A stretch of DNA of 64,000 nt, from assembly GCF_006345805.1 (NCBI RefSeq), contig NC_042999.1, positions 118,482,001-118,546,000 on the forward strand, in the 5' to 3' direction. The notes beneath the pieces were generated by a model. The model worked only from the letters and a program-made list of their open reading frames with translations. It had not been told where the DNA came from and did not search any database. This DNA is from Octopus sinensis (Eukaryota). The first letter of the stretch is position 1; each line of letters begins with the position of its first letter. A program made the position numbers and the translations under genes. This document shows, piece by piece, positions 39,292-50,198 of the stretch.

Positions 39292-39746
39292 TATAAAAAT
39301 ATCTATTTTGTGTTGATCAAGAATAATTTCAAAGATTGAATTCATAAAGAAATCACATAGGTTTGACAACTAATGTGATTTCTCTCTACTTGGGTATCAT
39401 CCAGATTTAGTGTACACAGAACCATGCATTCTTTTCATTGATATCATGTAAATCCGTATATATATTTGGAATTAATAATACTGAATGTACTTATTAGTAG
39501 ATCTGTTCATATGCTTATTTTAGTATCGATATATCAAAAGAAAAAAAGGGGCATATACTTACTTCATGAACCACTTAAAACATTTAATTGGCAATTATCT
39601 TCTTCCATGTTACTTTTGATGAAATTCATTAAAGTAGACATGGGATAATATTATGTGATATCTTATAAATGGTAGATTCATTCTTGTCAATATCCAAGCA
39701 AGAAATGATTCACACACATGCAGCCACACACTATCTATACAAATAT

Positions 39747-39783
<37 letters not shown>

Positions 39784-39817
39784 GAAAGAGAGAGAGAGAG
39801 AGAGAGAGGGAGAGAGT

Positions 39818-39976
39818 TCAAAACAGTTTGATTCAAATGCTTTGGTACTCTGAATTTCAAACGTGTGGCTGGTCTTCAGCCAATTGGGTCAGACCTCAAT
39901 GGGCGAAGATAAGCCACATTCTTGAAACTCAGACTACCAAGGAGTCTTAATCAAACTGTTTTGATCTATACCTGTA
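39818..39976. mobile_element. Tc1/mariner-type MITE (left TIR eroded by a GA tract)
   Basis: TCAAAACAGTTTGATT (39818-39833) is the reverse complement of AATCAAACTGTTTTGA (39949-39964). The right end continues TCTATACCTG-TA. Confidence 0.7.
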
Positions 39977-40136
39977 ATTCCCAATAAATGTGTTGAGTGC
40001 CCTTCTTTTGCCCTTTTACTCACTCGTATTTATATATATGAGTGTATGTGTGTGTGATTGTGTGTGTGTGTGTATATATGTACATATATGCATATACATA
40101 TATGTATATGTATACACACACACGCACACATATATA

Positions 40137-40331
40137 CAAGGGGGTGCTGAGAAGTTCCTGGCTTTGTGTAAAAGGGATAACAGTAGGATCAGTTAATTGT
40201 GATTTTATGTAACATATCCCCTTCTCAGATTCACACACTTATTTAAGTGGTCCTTCAGTTTCTAAGCCCAGTGAAAGAACCAAGCTTTTTGTAATACCCT
40301 TAAAGTAAGGAACTTTTCAGCACTTCCTTTG
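40137..40331. mobile_element. Mariner-type MITE with TA TSD
   Basis: TA-CAAGGGGGTGCTGAGAAGTTCCT ... AGGAACTTTTCAGCACTTCCTTTG-TA. Confidence 0.8.
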
Positions 40332-41637
40332 TATGTGACTAAAATTGAAATGTGAAAAATAGCTCATAAAAATGATTTAACTTGAATGCAGTCATGTCTT
40401 CAATATATCATATTCATCTCATGAATTGTTCTCTATGCATACAATCATCATCATCATCGGCAGCAACAACAAAACAATATGTATATTTGTGCTTGAGTGT
40501 GTATGTATGTACAAATGTAGATTTTAGTATATAGGATTTTAGCTCCTTTCTTATAAGAATGCTACTGTGCTTGAGCTTTCTTCATATAAGTTTGATAAAT
40601 ATTATCTGCAGTTTTTCATGTGTTGCTGACTTTCCATTTGTTACTCATTTAATCTGCTTCAATAGTTCAGTTGCAGTTTAAATAAATGATTATTTTCATG
40701 ACAACATTTAGAAATTAATTCTGATTTTGGGTTCAGTTGTCTTGGTGCAAATGAAATATTTCTCATCATTACAAAAGCCACAGAGAAATCACATGTTACC
40801 CAAATGCAGTAGAGGCCAAATGATATTACAGTTATTAATGCTGGGATCCTTTGAATGCCATGTGTGTCTTTATGCTATGCTATTTCTTTCTTCTGCACAA
40901 CAAAATTTTGGCTTATGACTTTTAAGTAATGGCATCAATTGAAGCTGTTCTCACACAATCCAGTCTGTGTGTTAAGGTCTTAACACCTTTGACTAGCATA
41001 GTAGATCAATAATACAGCTTTACTTAAATTTTATAGCTGTTTCTCATGCTATCTAGCTAGACAGAAGTATTCAGCTAACTATATGTATAATGTATTTCCA
41101 AATTCTTTGGATTATCATGTGACTTGAAGTCCCTGTTACATATGGCGATGATGTTCTCTATGTTAGTCATACAACATACTAAGTCTAGAATCTCATGATT
41201 CACATCAAACCATGGCAAAAAATATACACGATGATCTTCTGCAATCATTGCAGTGAAGAAAATAAAATTCGAAATGTTAACTAAAACAACCAATATTTTA
41301 AACAGAAAGGTTGTGTTAGTAAATGTTGTCATGATAACAAGTATTGCATAGGTAATTACAAATGAATGCATTCATCAGAAATACTACCAGAATTTAATCA
41401 ACTGATAAATTGGCTGGAGCCAAACAGAAGTCTTTGATTTGTCATCCTATTACTTTTACGTCATCTGATTATATTGAAGCTCTTACTACCAATTGGTGTC
41501 ACCTGAAGATTGCCTGTAGGATTGAAATTTAAAGTAACATAACGTAAAGTGCTTTGAACACATGCAAATCTCTATTTCTCTTTCTATATATACATATATA
41601 TGTATACATTACAAACATATGTAATATATATAAACTC

Positions 41638-41755
41638 TGCCAGATCAAATTGGAGCCTGGTGCAGCCATCTGGCTCGCCAGTCCTCAGTAAACTGTCCAA
41701 CCCATGCCAGCATAGATAGTGGACGTTAAATGATGATGATGATGATGATGATGAT
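41638..41755 (+). mobile_element. RTE-tail family C, short 3' fragment
   Basis: ...CCAACCCATGCCAGCATAGATAGTGGACGTTAAA(TGA)n. Confidence 0.8.
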
Positions 41756-41868
41756 GTGTGTGTGTATATATATATATATATACCGGAGTAAACACATAAA
41801 TGCGAAACAAGGTGGAAAAAAGAGTACTCAAATACCAGTGGTAGAGTAATATGATTTATTTAAATAAA

Positions 41869-41906
<38 letters not shown>

Positions 41907-41932
41907 TCCTATACACACATGCACACACAAAT

Positions 41933-42843
41933 ATGTCCACCATAATAGCTAGAATTAATAGTAAAAACATTAAGTTAGCCAGGAGTAGTAAGATTAGTAT
42001 CAACATGAATAGCAATAATAATTGTAATAATAGTATGAAAAATAAAAATAATAATAATAATAATTATCAAAATGAGAGCAACAACAATAATAATAATATC
42101 AATAATATTAATAGAAATAATTATAATGATAAAAATAGGGATAATATAAATGAAAATAATACCAAAAATGATGATAGTAATAATATCTATAGCAGTAATA
42201 ATAACTTTGATATAAATACAAATAATAATACAGCAATATCAATAATGTTGGTATTGTTATGTTAGATGTGAATGATAGTGTGAATGGATCAATAAATAGT
42301 AACCCCACTTTGGATAACAATATTACCTATAATAATGAAAATAATATTTATAATAATTTGAATAACAGCAATGTGAGAGAACTGTCCTTAAATAATTCCA
42401 AATCTGAAAATTATCCCCCCAGTTGCAATTGTAGGATTAGATCAAATTGTCCGGCATATGGTCGTTGTTCAGTCCAAAATGTAATCTATAAATGTACTAT
42501 AATAACGTCTAATAGTAACTTTTTTTACATCGGTTGTTCTATTAATTTTAAACAGAGAATTAACAATCATCTTTTTTTTCCCGATTAGATCATAAGGCAG
42601 GTTGCACTACACTCTCTAGCAAAATTTGGGAACTCAAAACTTATATTAAATATAACCTAAAATGGGAAATAGTTAGAAGGGCAATACCTTACAGAAATAA
42701 TAGAGTAGGCTGTCAACTCTGTTCTATGGAGACCTACGAGATTTTAAAGTATAGAAAAAATAAAAATCTACTAAATAATCGTCTAGAGTTAGGTCGCTCT
42801 TGCATTCATTCAAAAATCAGAACTTTAAAATATTTCAAATAGA
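41933..42843 (+). pseudogene. Penelope-like (Naiad-type) linker plus GIY-YIG endonuclease ORF with Asn-rich insert, broken by two 1-nt indels
   Basis: MSTIIARINSKNI, then an N-rich stretch, then CNCRIRSNCPAYGRC..NVIYKC..FYIG..FKQRINNH. After a shift in the T8 run near 42572-42579: TTLSSKIWELK..LKWEIVRRAIPY..CQLCSME..LLNNRLELGRSCIH..FK*. Confidence 0.88.
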
Positions 42844-43544
42844 AATTTGAAGGTTTTCCTATTGTTTTCTAACTGTATCTTTTTAATATAATAATAAATA
42901 GAAAATATACTTTGCCAACTTCTAATTGACTTTATAGTCAACTAAATTAACCTTACTTAAATCATAGAATTGCAAATTTTCCCAATTCTATTCTAAATTT
43001 AACATGTAATGCTATTTCCCCAGTTATAATCTGACTTTCACTATAAATTTGAATAGGTACTGTTCCCCAACCATTTGCTATTGAAGTTAATTGACCTCTA
43101 GATAGTGACCTAGATTCTTTCTCGCCATATAAAAATAAAAGTTAAAATAAAAATAAAAATAAATAGCCTTCTATTCTAGTGTTAACCTTGATTGTCTTAC
43201 TGTATCTTTCTCTGCCGATAACCTAAGACCCTCTTATAGCTTTCCTTATATCTCCCTCTCTCCTAACTCCTACTATAAATTCTGATGGCTTTCATTTGAA
43301 AGCAAGGTTTGGTCAACCTTACAGTCCCTTAAGAATTTAAAGATCCTCCCACACTGACCTAAATTTTCTGTCACCATAGAAATAGACTGACCCTTCTTTC
43401 TAGTGTCAATCTGTCTTTGTCCTTTTACATCCCCAAATTTTTTTTTTCCCCTTCTGTTCTTTTCTCCAGCTAATCTGCTTCCTTAACCTACTCTACTACC
43501 ATTCCCATCACTAAAAAAATTTTTTCTTGCAACAGTTAGATGTT

Positions 43545-43814
43545 AACTTAATCTTGGTCTGACTAGCATCCTTCTTCATTTTTTCCTGAAATTCATATCC
43601 ACAACTTTATCGGTATTTTTACCTTCTCTGGGATGTTACTAATTGATTTGAGATCTTTACATTGTTGGAAAACATATATGAACTTAATCTTGGTTTGCCT
43701 GGCATCCTACTTCAAGTTCCTGAAACTCGTATCTACAACTTTATCGGTATATTTACACTCTCTAAGATGTTACTAATTGATTTAAGAACTTAACATTATT
43801 GGAAAACGTATATG
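43545..43814. repeat. Two diverged tandem units of about 136 bp in the PLE 3' UTR
   Basis: AACTTAATCTTGGT...TTGGAAAAC(A/G)TATATG starts at 43545 and at 43681. Confidence 0.85.
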
Positions 43815-43905
43815 AAATTAGCTGAAGATTACTTGACATATTATATTTGCTGTAATATTTGCCACTTTAATAAATTGTTATAGTATGAAACAATTGTACA
43901 AAATT
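43815..43905 (+). ncRNA. Hammerhead-like motif with enlarged stem II
   Basis: CUGAAGA 43822-43828, a 58-nt insert closed by UAC/GUA, GAAAC 43887-43891, palindromic ACAAUUGU, GUA triplet. Stem I pairs only partly. Confidence 0.45.
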
Positions 43906-43999
43906 ACCGGATCCATTCTTGTTGCTTATTTTTTGGTTATATATATATACATACATATATATATAATGTACTGTTCCATAATAGAAAATTCAACAAAAA

Positions 44000-44437
44000 A
44001 AGTACTCCATCTGGTGAGAGATAAATATTATTTATTTAAGGGTTTCAATACATGTATAAAAGTGCCACTAATAGTTTCATATATTGAGAAAACTCAAAAC
44101 ATATTCTTCGGGCACAAACCACATAAAACGAACTAAAAAAAATTGAATAATTGAAGAAACAGGAAAATACTGAGAAGACAGCATGTAGAAAATCTAGAAA
44201 GTAAACAACAGAAAATGCAAACACAAAAACTAAAATGTAAAAAATAAAAAGTAAAAAGATAAAGGAGCTATCCTCCTTAGACCTTAAATAGTAAGGTTGG
44301 AAAGATATCAAGTCAGTCGAGAATAGATGGAATTTTCCAATTCTTCAAAATGCATTTATATATATGCATTCAACTACTGAGAGTTTCTGACCTGGAGTTC
44401 AATAGAGTGTTAGGGATCTTAGATCTGAACAGGATCT
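44000..44437 (-). mobile_element. Naiad-type PLE 3' end (ORF terminus plus pLTR), inverted relative to the adjacent fragment
   Basis: Minus frame ILFRSKIPNTLLNSRSETLSS*MHIYKCILKNWK, then a 3' UTR containing a hammerhead motif. Confidence 0.75.
44062..44115 (-). ncRNA. Degenerate minimal type-I hammerhead motif
   Basis: GUGC-CCGAAGA-AUAUG UU UUGAG UUUU CUCAA UAUAU-GAAAC-UAUUA-GUG-GCAC. All three stems close, but U4>C and H17=G. Confidence 0.65.
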
Positions 44438-44439
44438 TT

Positions 44440-44770
44440 CAAAGTCCATAAGGAGACCTATATTGGATTATGTAAAAGGGAATTTAAAAATTGCTATGCC
44501 AATCACATTGTCTCTTTCCGATAATGGAACAAAAGTAAAGCTACTAAGTTGACGAGCTAAGTATGGAGTTTGAAAGATAACAAAACACTGCTTGTGATTA
44601 AATGGAAAGTAACTGAGAAATCTACACCTTATGTGAATGGATCAAATAAATGTAGACTTTGTTTAGCCGCAAGAGTGCAGATCCTGTTCAGATCTAAGAC
44701 CCCTTACTCTCTATTGAACTCCAAATCAGAAATTTTCAGTGGTTGTGGAAATCAGCCGCTCTCTGGACGC
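44440..44770 (+). pseudogene. Degenerate GIY-YIG endonuclease fragment of a second PLE family
   Basis: ETYIGLCKREFKNCYANH..ATKLTS*VWSLKD..IKWKV..PYVNGSNKCRLCL..LLNSKSEIFSGC. 44679-44732 is an inverted copy of 44384-44437. Confidence 0.85.
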
Positions 44771-45104
44771 TAATGTAGTTAGAAAAAATGCAAGAGAAAG
44801 AGGACATCCGTAGACTATTGATAAAGAGTTAGCGAACCCAGTACCCAAGATATACTTTCACCTTTATAGAATACATATCAACCTATCTGGAGCAAAGTAT
44901 AGCTGAAGTTGAGTTCTTTGGAAGATAATTCAAATCCTTAAGTCATACACTACAAATGATCACAATATCTGGGATTATAAAAATCTGCAAGACCTTCTTT
45001 AGATTTAAAGGATGATGGTTAAAACAAGATACTTTGATTCATAACCTTGCTACTAAGTAAGTGACCAGTCAAAATTTATTCTAAATTAAAAAGAGAAAGA
45101 GAAC

Positions 45105-45110
45105 ATACAT

Positions 45111-45142
<32 letters not shown>

Positions 45143-45197
45143 TCACTCACTCACTCACTCACTCACTCACTCACTCACTCACTCACTCACTCACTCA
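45105..45197. repeat. Compound (ACAT)n(AC)n(ACTC)n microsatellite
   Basis: Read directly. Confidence 0.95.
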
Positions 45198-45495
45198 AAT
45201 TTTGGTTAACTGAAATGGCTCTATAAATAAATATTGCACTTCTTTATGGTGTCTCACGGATCTGTAAGCATATATATCACCAATCGTTATGATGGCAGTA
45301 GTTACTGTCACAGCATTCAAACAGTTAAATTAAATCAATTAGATTCTTTTCATTGTTAATTGCATAGTTTTTATCACCTTGATTATTCATTGTTTCCTAG
45401 TCAATTTATAAAGAAATGGAACCTGTTTCTTTGGAATACCCTATAGAATAAACAACCAAATGACAAAATATATTTGAAATATATGCATCAAGTTC

Positions 45496-45798
45496 ATTAT
45501 TTACATTATTTACATTTGACGGATATTTGTCCTCATCTTGTTTGTTGTTAACACATTTTGGCTGATATACCCGTGTCTTGGGGAAATTTCGAACCTGGGT
45601 TCTCATTCCTAAGGTATTTTTCATTGTTGTTGCTGTTGTTGTTATTATTATTATTATTATTATTATTCAAGTCACTGCCTGGAATCAAACTCGGAATCTT
45701 GGGGTTAGTAGCCCGCGCTCTTAACCACTGTGCCATGTACACGTGTAAATAATGTAAATAATGTAAATAATTCCTCATCTCTTAAATATAGAACTGTA
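45496..45798. mobile_element. tRNA-headed hammerhead-SINE family: inverted near-full copy plus direct 3' tail
   Basis: Minus copy 45496-45740 with head TGGCACAGTGGTTAAGAGC..GAGTTTGATTCC, then the plus-strand tail GTAAATAAT..AATTCCTCATCTCTTAAATATAGAACTGTA. The hammerhead core is deleted in this copy. Confidence 0.85.
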
Positions 45799-47233
45799 AT
45801 ATGCATCTAGTTGTTACCAATATATGTCCACCACTTTCTATTTTCTTTATTTTTAATAATTTAAAACACACCGACTAAAAATAAACTTAGTCAACTGAAA
45901 TATTTCCATTAACTCATAAAAATAACTCTTAAGTTTTCTGACGACAAACTTATGACTGCTGCTACATAAAACTATTATTACAAATTTAGCTGTTATTGTA
46001 TTTAATTTAAGCAAAATGCTAGAAATTTTGAGGTGGCTTAGTGAATACCATTTATCCCAACATTCAATTGGTGCTTTATTTTTTATCTTACATCCTTTAC
46101 ATGCAGATAAGAAATAGAATTAACAGTCAGGAAGTAGAGTTGACAGTATTGACTGAACACTTTCTCCCCAAAATTGATAATGCCAAAAGCTTCCTATTTA
46201 TTCTTCATCAGCAAGAATTCATACCAAATATTAACCCTGTTAACCTCATACAATAATCCTATTATTCCCATCTAACAGAATCTCAGAACAGATATGTGCT
46301 CTTCTTTTTCTCTTCGTCATTATTGTTTCCAAGTTTATATAGAATTTAACCTTATTAACTTTACTATGGCTCTGTTATCACTTCAATACTAAAGGTCAGT
46401 TTAGCTGTTTTCAAACTGGTGGTGCCTGCGTAGCTGATATATAACTTTAATATCTTCAAGTTAATAACTAAAAGAGGCACATAAGTAGCACATAAGAGGC
46501 ACATAAGCAGCAGTTTTGTGGAGAAAATGAATTGAAAAAAATGTTTAGTAGTAGTTTAGGAAGGTATGAAATATGATAATGATAGCAAAGGAAACACAAG
46601 CATAGACTAAGTTTTAACTAGATTGTAGATGCATAGTACAAAATTACATGTACTGTGTGGAAGCAGATTTAAAGACAATAAACGAATACAACATATCAGA
46701 GACCTGATGCTGTTAAAGTTTTGGAAAGCATGAATTTACTTATCATTTTACTGAACATTTTTCAGATGCAAACTCAGTTGATTATATGTTCAACAGGTAC
46801 TCTATCCCTTATATGTAAGTGATGTGTACACAACCTGAAAAGGCATTAATAATACCTGACTTGATTGCATTCATAATTTTATTGTTTTTATGAAGTTCTC
46901 AGATCTTTTATATATTCATCACTCCGCAGAAAATTTATAACACAAATTTTATTTTGTTGACACATTACAAAAACTAAATGGATATTACATTGAATATCAA
47001 GATTGGCTTATATGAAATTTTATACTTGAATATAATTAAAAATGAACCAAACAGCTACTGAATAGTATTATGTAATATAAATTACCTCAGTTAAATATTT
47101 TCATGCTAATAATTTCCTTAACATCAGTTTTTGATTCATTTAAAGATTGTAACATTTTAAATTTTAAATTATTGATTAAAATGTTTTTGAAGATACTTAA
47201 TAATTGTTATTTGATCTCTCTCTTTACTTTTAG

Positions 47234-47902
47234 GAATATTACTCTGTATGGGAGAAGAAGACATTCATCATTTGCTTTTTCGGAACCAAAATATTGGAAT
47301 TATTGAGAAGCATCATGCAGTAATCATGTTCAATCCATCTCCTTACCGGACAGTTCAAGAATATATGGAAAGAATAACACGCCAGACTTCAAAAATTCAA
47401 CCACAACATATGGCAACCATTCACAACATACTTGAATATACTTTTGTTTTACAAGTTTCGTTCCTTTCAGAACTTCCATCCAACTATGCAAGCTCTGTTG
47501 TTGACTTGAATGTCAGTAGGTATTTTGTAGAAAACAAACAAGACACACACAATTTACATTACACTTCCATTATCAGGGATGTGCTTCAGATGTTGCTTTA
47601 CACAAATAATAACAGTTCTTCTTGTCCCAACACAGAGACATTGAAAAAATCTCTACGACAGATAGCATTTCGATCTCCTGCTGGGTGGATATTAATCGGT
47701 AAAGAAAATCTAGTACACTTTGAATACAAATTATATGATTTTAATCCAACATCACAAGAGTTTGAACTTGTTCTACAACTGAGCCCATATGGATCAAACT
47801 ATAAACTGGTACTGAATGTTATTCAAGCAATATTCTGGCCAAATGGATTAAAAATTTACCCAGATCCTTGTTTCAAAACAAAGGAGAACTGTATAGAATC
47901 AG
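47234..47902 (+). CDS. Internal coding exon: C-terminal half of an ANF-receptor-type ectodomain (natriuretic peptide receptor / receptor guanylate cyclase-like)
   Basis: 669-nt open exon with a pyrimidine-rich TTTTAG acceptor and CAG|GTATGG donor (phase 1/1). The segment F..PAGWILIG..FEYKLYDFNP....FELVL....IFWPNG..YPDPCF....C parallels NPR-A F.GVTGYLKID..DFSLWDMDP....FRVVL....LNWPLG..PDIPKCGF....C (recalled, not searched). Confidence 0.78.
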
Positions 47903-48214
47903 GTATGGAATCTTTGCTTATTTTTCTCAGATTTCTTTAAATATTGATAACCAATTGGCATTTAAGCTGAATAAATAACAACTTGCATTGGCAAAGGCCA
48001 ATTCAATAAATGAAAATATAATAAATTAAAGTTTACTTATGTGTCACAAAGAATAGGAAAATGTAACATTTACCCGTGAAATTTTCATTCTCATTGTAAA
48101 GCAACACATCTTACATTTTACTTTTCAATTTTGAACACTAAGCAAATATTTTATAGCCAGATTGCCATCTTAGCACTAACTGCATTTTAATGCTAATCAC
48201 TTCTTGCCACTAAG

Positions 48215-48410
48215 TATTCAATGCAGAAGTAGGAGTAGACTATGTCATTTTTCAGTTAGATACATTGATGCAAGCAGAAGCGGGAATTTTGCTTGCAACA
48301 ATAAAAGGATTTGAACCTATAATTATGGAATCAGCAGTACATCTTAATTTCACAGCTATCTTTATTTCATATATACATTTATATACATATATGTTTATAT
48401 GTGTCAATGG
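48215..48410 (+). CDS. Candidate downstream exon (phase 1/2), ending in a moderately hydrophobic segment
   Basis: CTAAT..TAAG acceptor and GG|GTAAAA donor. Open reading VFNAEVGVDY...TAIFISYIHLYTYMFICVNG is phase-compatible with both neighbours. No recognised homology. Confidence 0.25.
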
Positions 48411-48592
48411 GTAAAATAAATAATAAAGCTTTTAATTTTAAAATGTCAGGCAGGTTATAAAATATGTAAAGTAAAAGATTTAGCAGGAGATAGAAAATCC
48501 TAGCATTAGAGGTCAATTATTTTTCAAGTTATTTAACTTTTGTAAAAATGTGTTCTATTGTTTTATTGAATTATATTTTTGTATGTCATAAG

Positions 48593-48779
48593 CAAAGTAT
48601 ATGCCAAGAGGATTCGTAATCTAGGGGCATCTGCTGAATTGAAACAGATTATGGAATATTGGAGAAAAGTAGTTTTGAAAACAATTCCAGTTAATACCAA
48701 TGCAATTAAAATTAATGGAAAATCTCTGGAAACAAGGAGAGGAGATGTCCCAAGAGTCTTAACTGAGAATATCAAATAA
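48593..48779 (+). CDS. Candidate terminal exon (62 codons plus stop)
   Basis: T-rich..CATAAG acceptor, reading KVYAKRIRNLGASAELKQIMEYWRK...ENIK*. AATAAA overlaps the stop. No recognised homology. Confidence 0.3.
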
Positions 48780-50198
48780 AGCATTGAATAAGTTTTACTG
48801 CAGCAACAGTAGTGTATTGACTATTCTAAAGGATTTTAGGTCTAAACAAGAAAATGCAAAAAAATTGCTTCTTGGTCTGATAAAGAAAGTTTGAAATAAA
48901 TATTGAAGGTTCATCTTTTAATGCAATTTCTCTTTCTCTTGATATAGGGTGGATGATGATATAGACTCATGTAAAGACATTCATACATATATAACTATTC
49001 TATTTGATTCAGTCAACGGAGTGTGATTCAGCCAATATGTCTCAAAGAGTTTTAGTCGATCATGTTAAACAAATACTTATTTCTAAGACTGATACTTACT
49101 TTAGTAGTTGCTGTTTGTTTCACTGCTAAGTTATGGGACATAAGCACAGGCACCAATTTTATTTATTGCTTTTTGTTTGGCTTTTGTTCTTCACTCAAAC
49201 TCAGTACAATATCAATAGTAAAAGGTTGCGCAATGTACATAGTAAGTTGGCAGGGTCATTAGCATAAAACAAAATAGATTTGCTCTGGTTCTTTGCACTC
49301 TGAATTTAAATTGAATAGAGGAGAATTTTGCCTTTCATCTTTTCAACACCAATAAAATAAGGAACTAGGCCAGGCTGGTGAACTGGCAGAACTGTAAGAA
49401 CTGTAAAATGTCTTGCAATAAGCATTTTGGATCTTTTTGATCAGTTCCTCAAAGATTGACCTAAATTCATCATCTAACTGAATACCACCAACTGGTTCTT
49501 GAGTACATTTTGTAAATCTCACTCTGTTGCAAGTATTTTGGTCAGGTGTCAGGGTTTCAGAATAACTTCCTTCTTCCTACAAGTGTTGGAAGCTTCAAAA
49601 AAAAAAAAAAAAAGAAATTGTTAGGTGCACTACCTTCCTCTCCTTTATTATATGGTTAAAAGAGAATGGAAAACTTTTAAACGGAAGTCATTTTGGGTCT
49701 TTGGACTCAGGATAATGGTAACTAATATTAGTTTCAGACTTTGGCACAAGGCCAGAATGTTTGTATTGAATTTAAATTCTCAAAGGAAAATGATTGAACA
49801 AAAACATTGACAATGAGAAAGTTCCGGTTGTGTTTATGGAGGAAAACTGATAAATTACAAGGTTTGGGAGTTGAAAGTTAGGCAGGCAGAGCATGCCAGT
49901 TTATATGCAGACTGACACATATTGAGCAAGTACAGAAAGATTGAAGAGCAAAATCTATTTTAGTACAGTATAAATACACAAAGCAAATTTCTGATTATTT
50001 GATGCAATGTTGTGGAGAGTTGGCAAGGAATGTTTGCTGATTAGTACAGTGCAAATAGACAAAGTAAACTTCAGGGTATTTGACCCAAGGTTTTTGAGTG
50101 TGACTGAGAGAAAGTCTGCTGATTAAGCACTTCATCAAATTATGAAGCAACCAAGAAAACATGTGTACGGTTTACACACAAAACTGTTGAGGGATGTT

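Noticed and set aside
42403-42843. Selenocysteine recoding in the 42-kb GIY-YIG ORF
   Set aside because: All Cys positions are TGT or TGC; there is no in-frame UGA.
45660-45740. tRNA genes (tRNA-like segments here and at 52521, 54765 and in SINE A/B heads)
   Set aside because: The cloverleafs are incomplete and embedded in repeated SINE bodies.
46041-46256. ORF or exon candidate that might encode the receptor N-terminus
   Set aside because: It hits an in-frame stop with no good donor before it, and the similarity is too vague.
46768-46816. 49-nt micro-exon candidate with strong TTTTTCAG / GTAAGT sites (DANSVDYMFNRYSIPYI)
   Set aside because: Direct splicing to 47234 creates a stop in the available frames, and no compatible intervening exon was found. 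It remains testable by RNA-seq.
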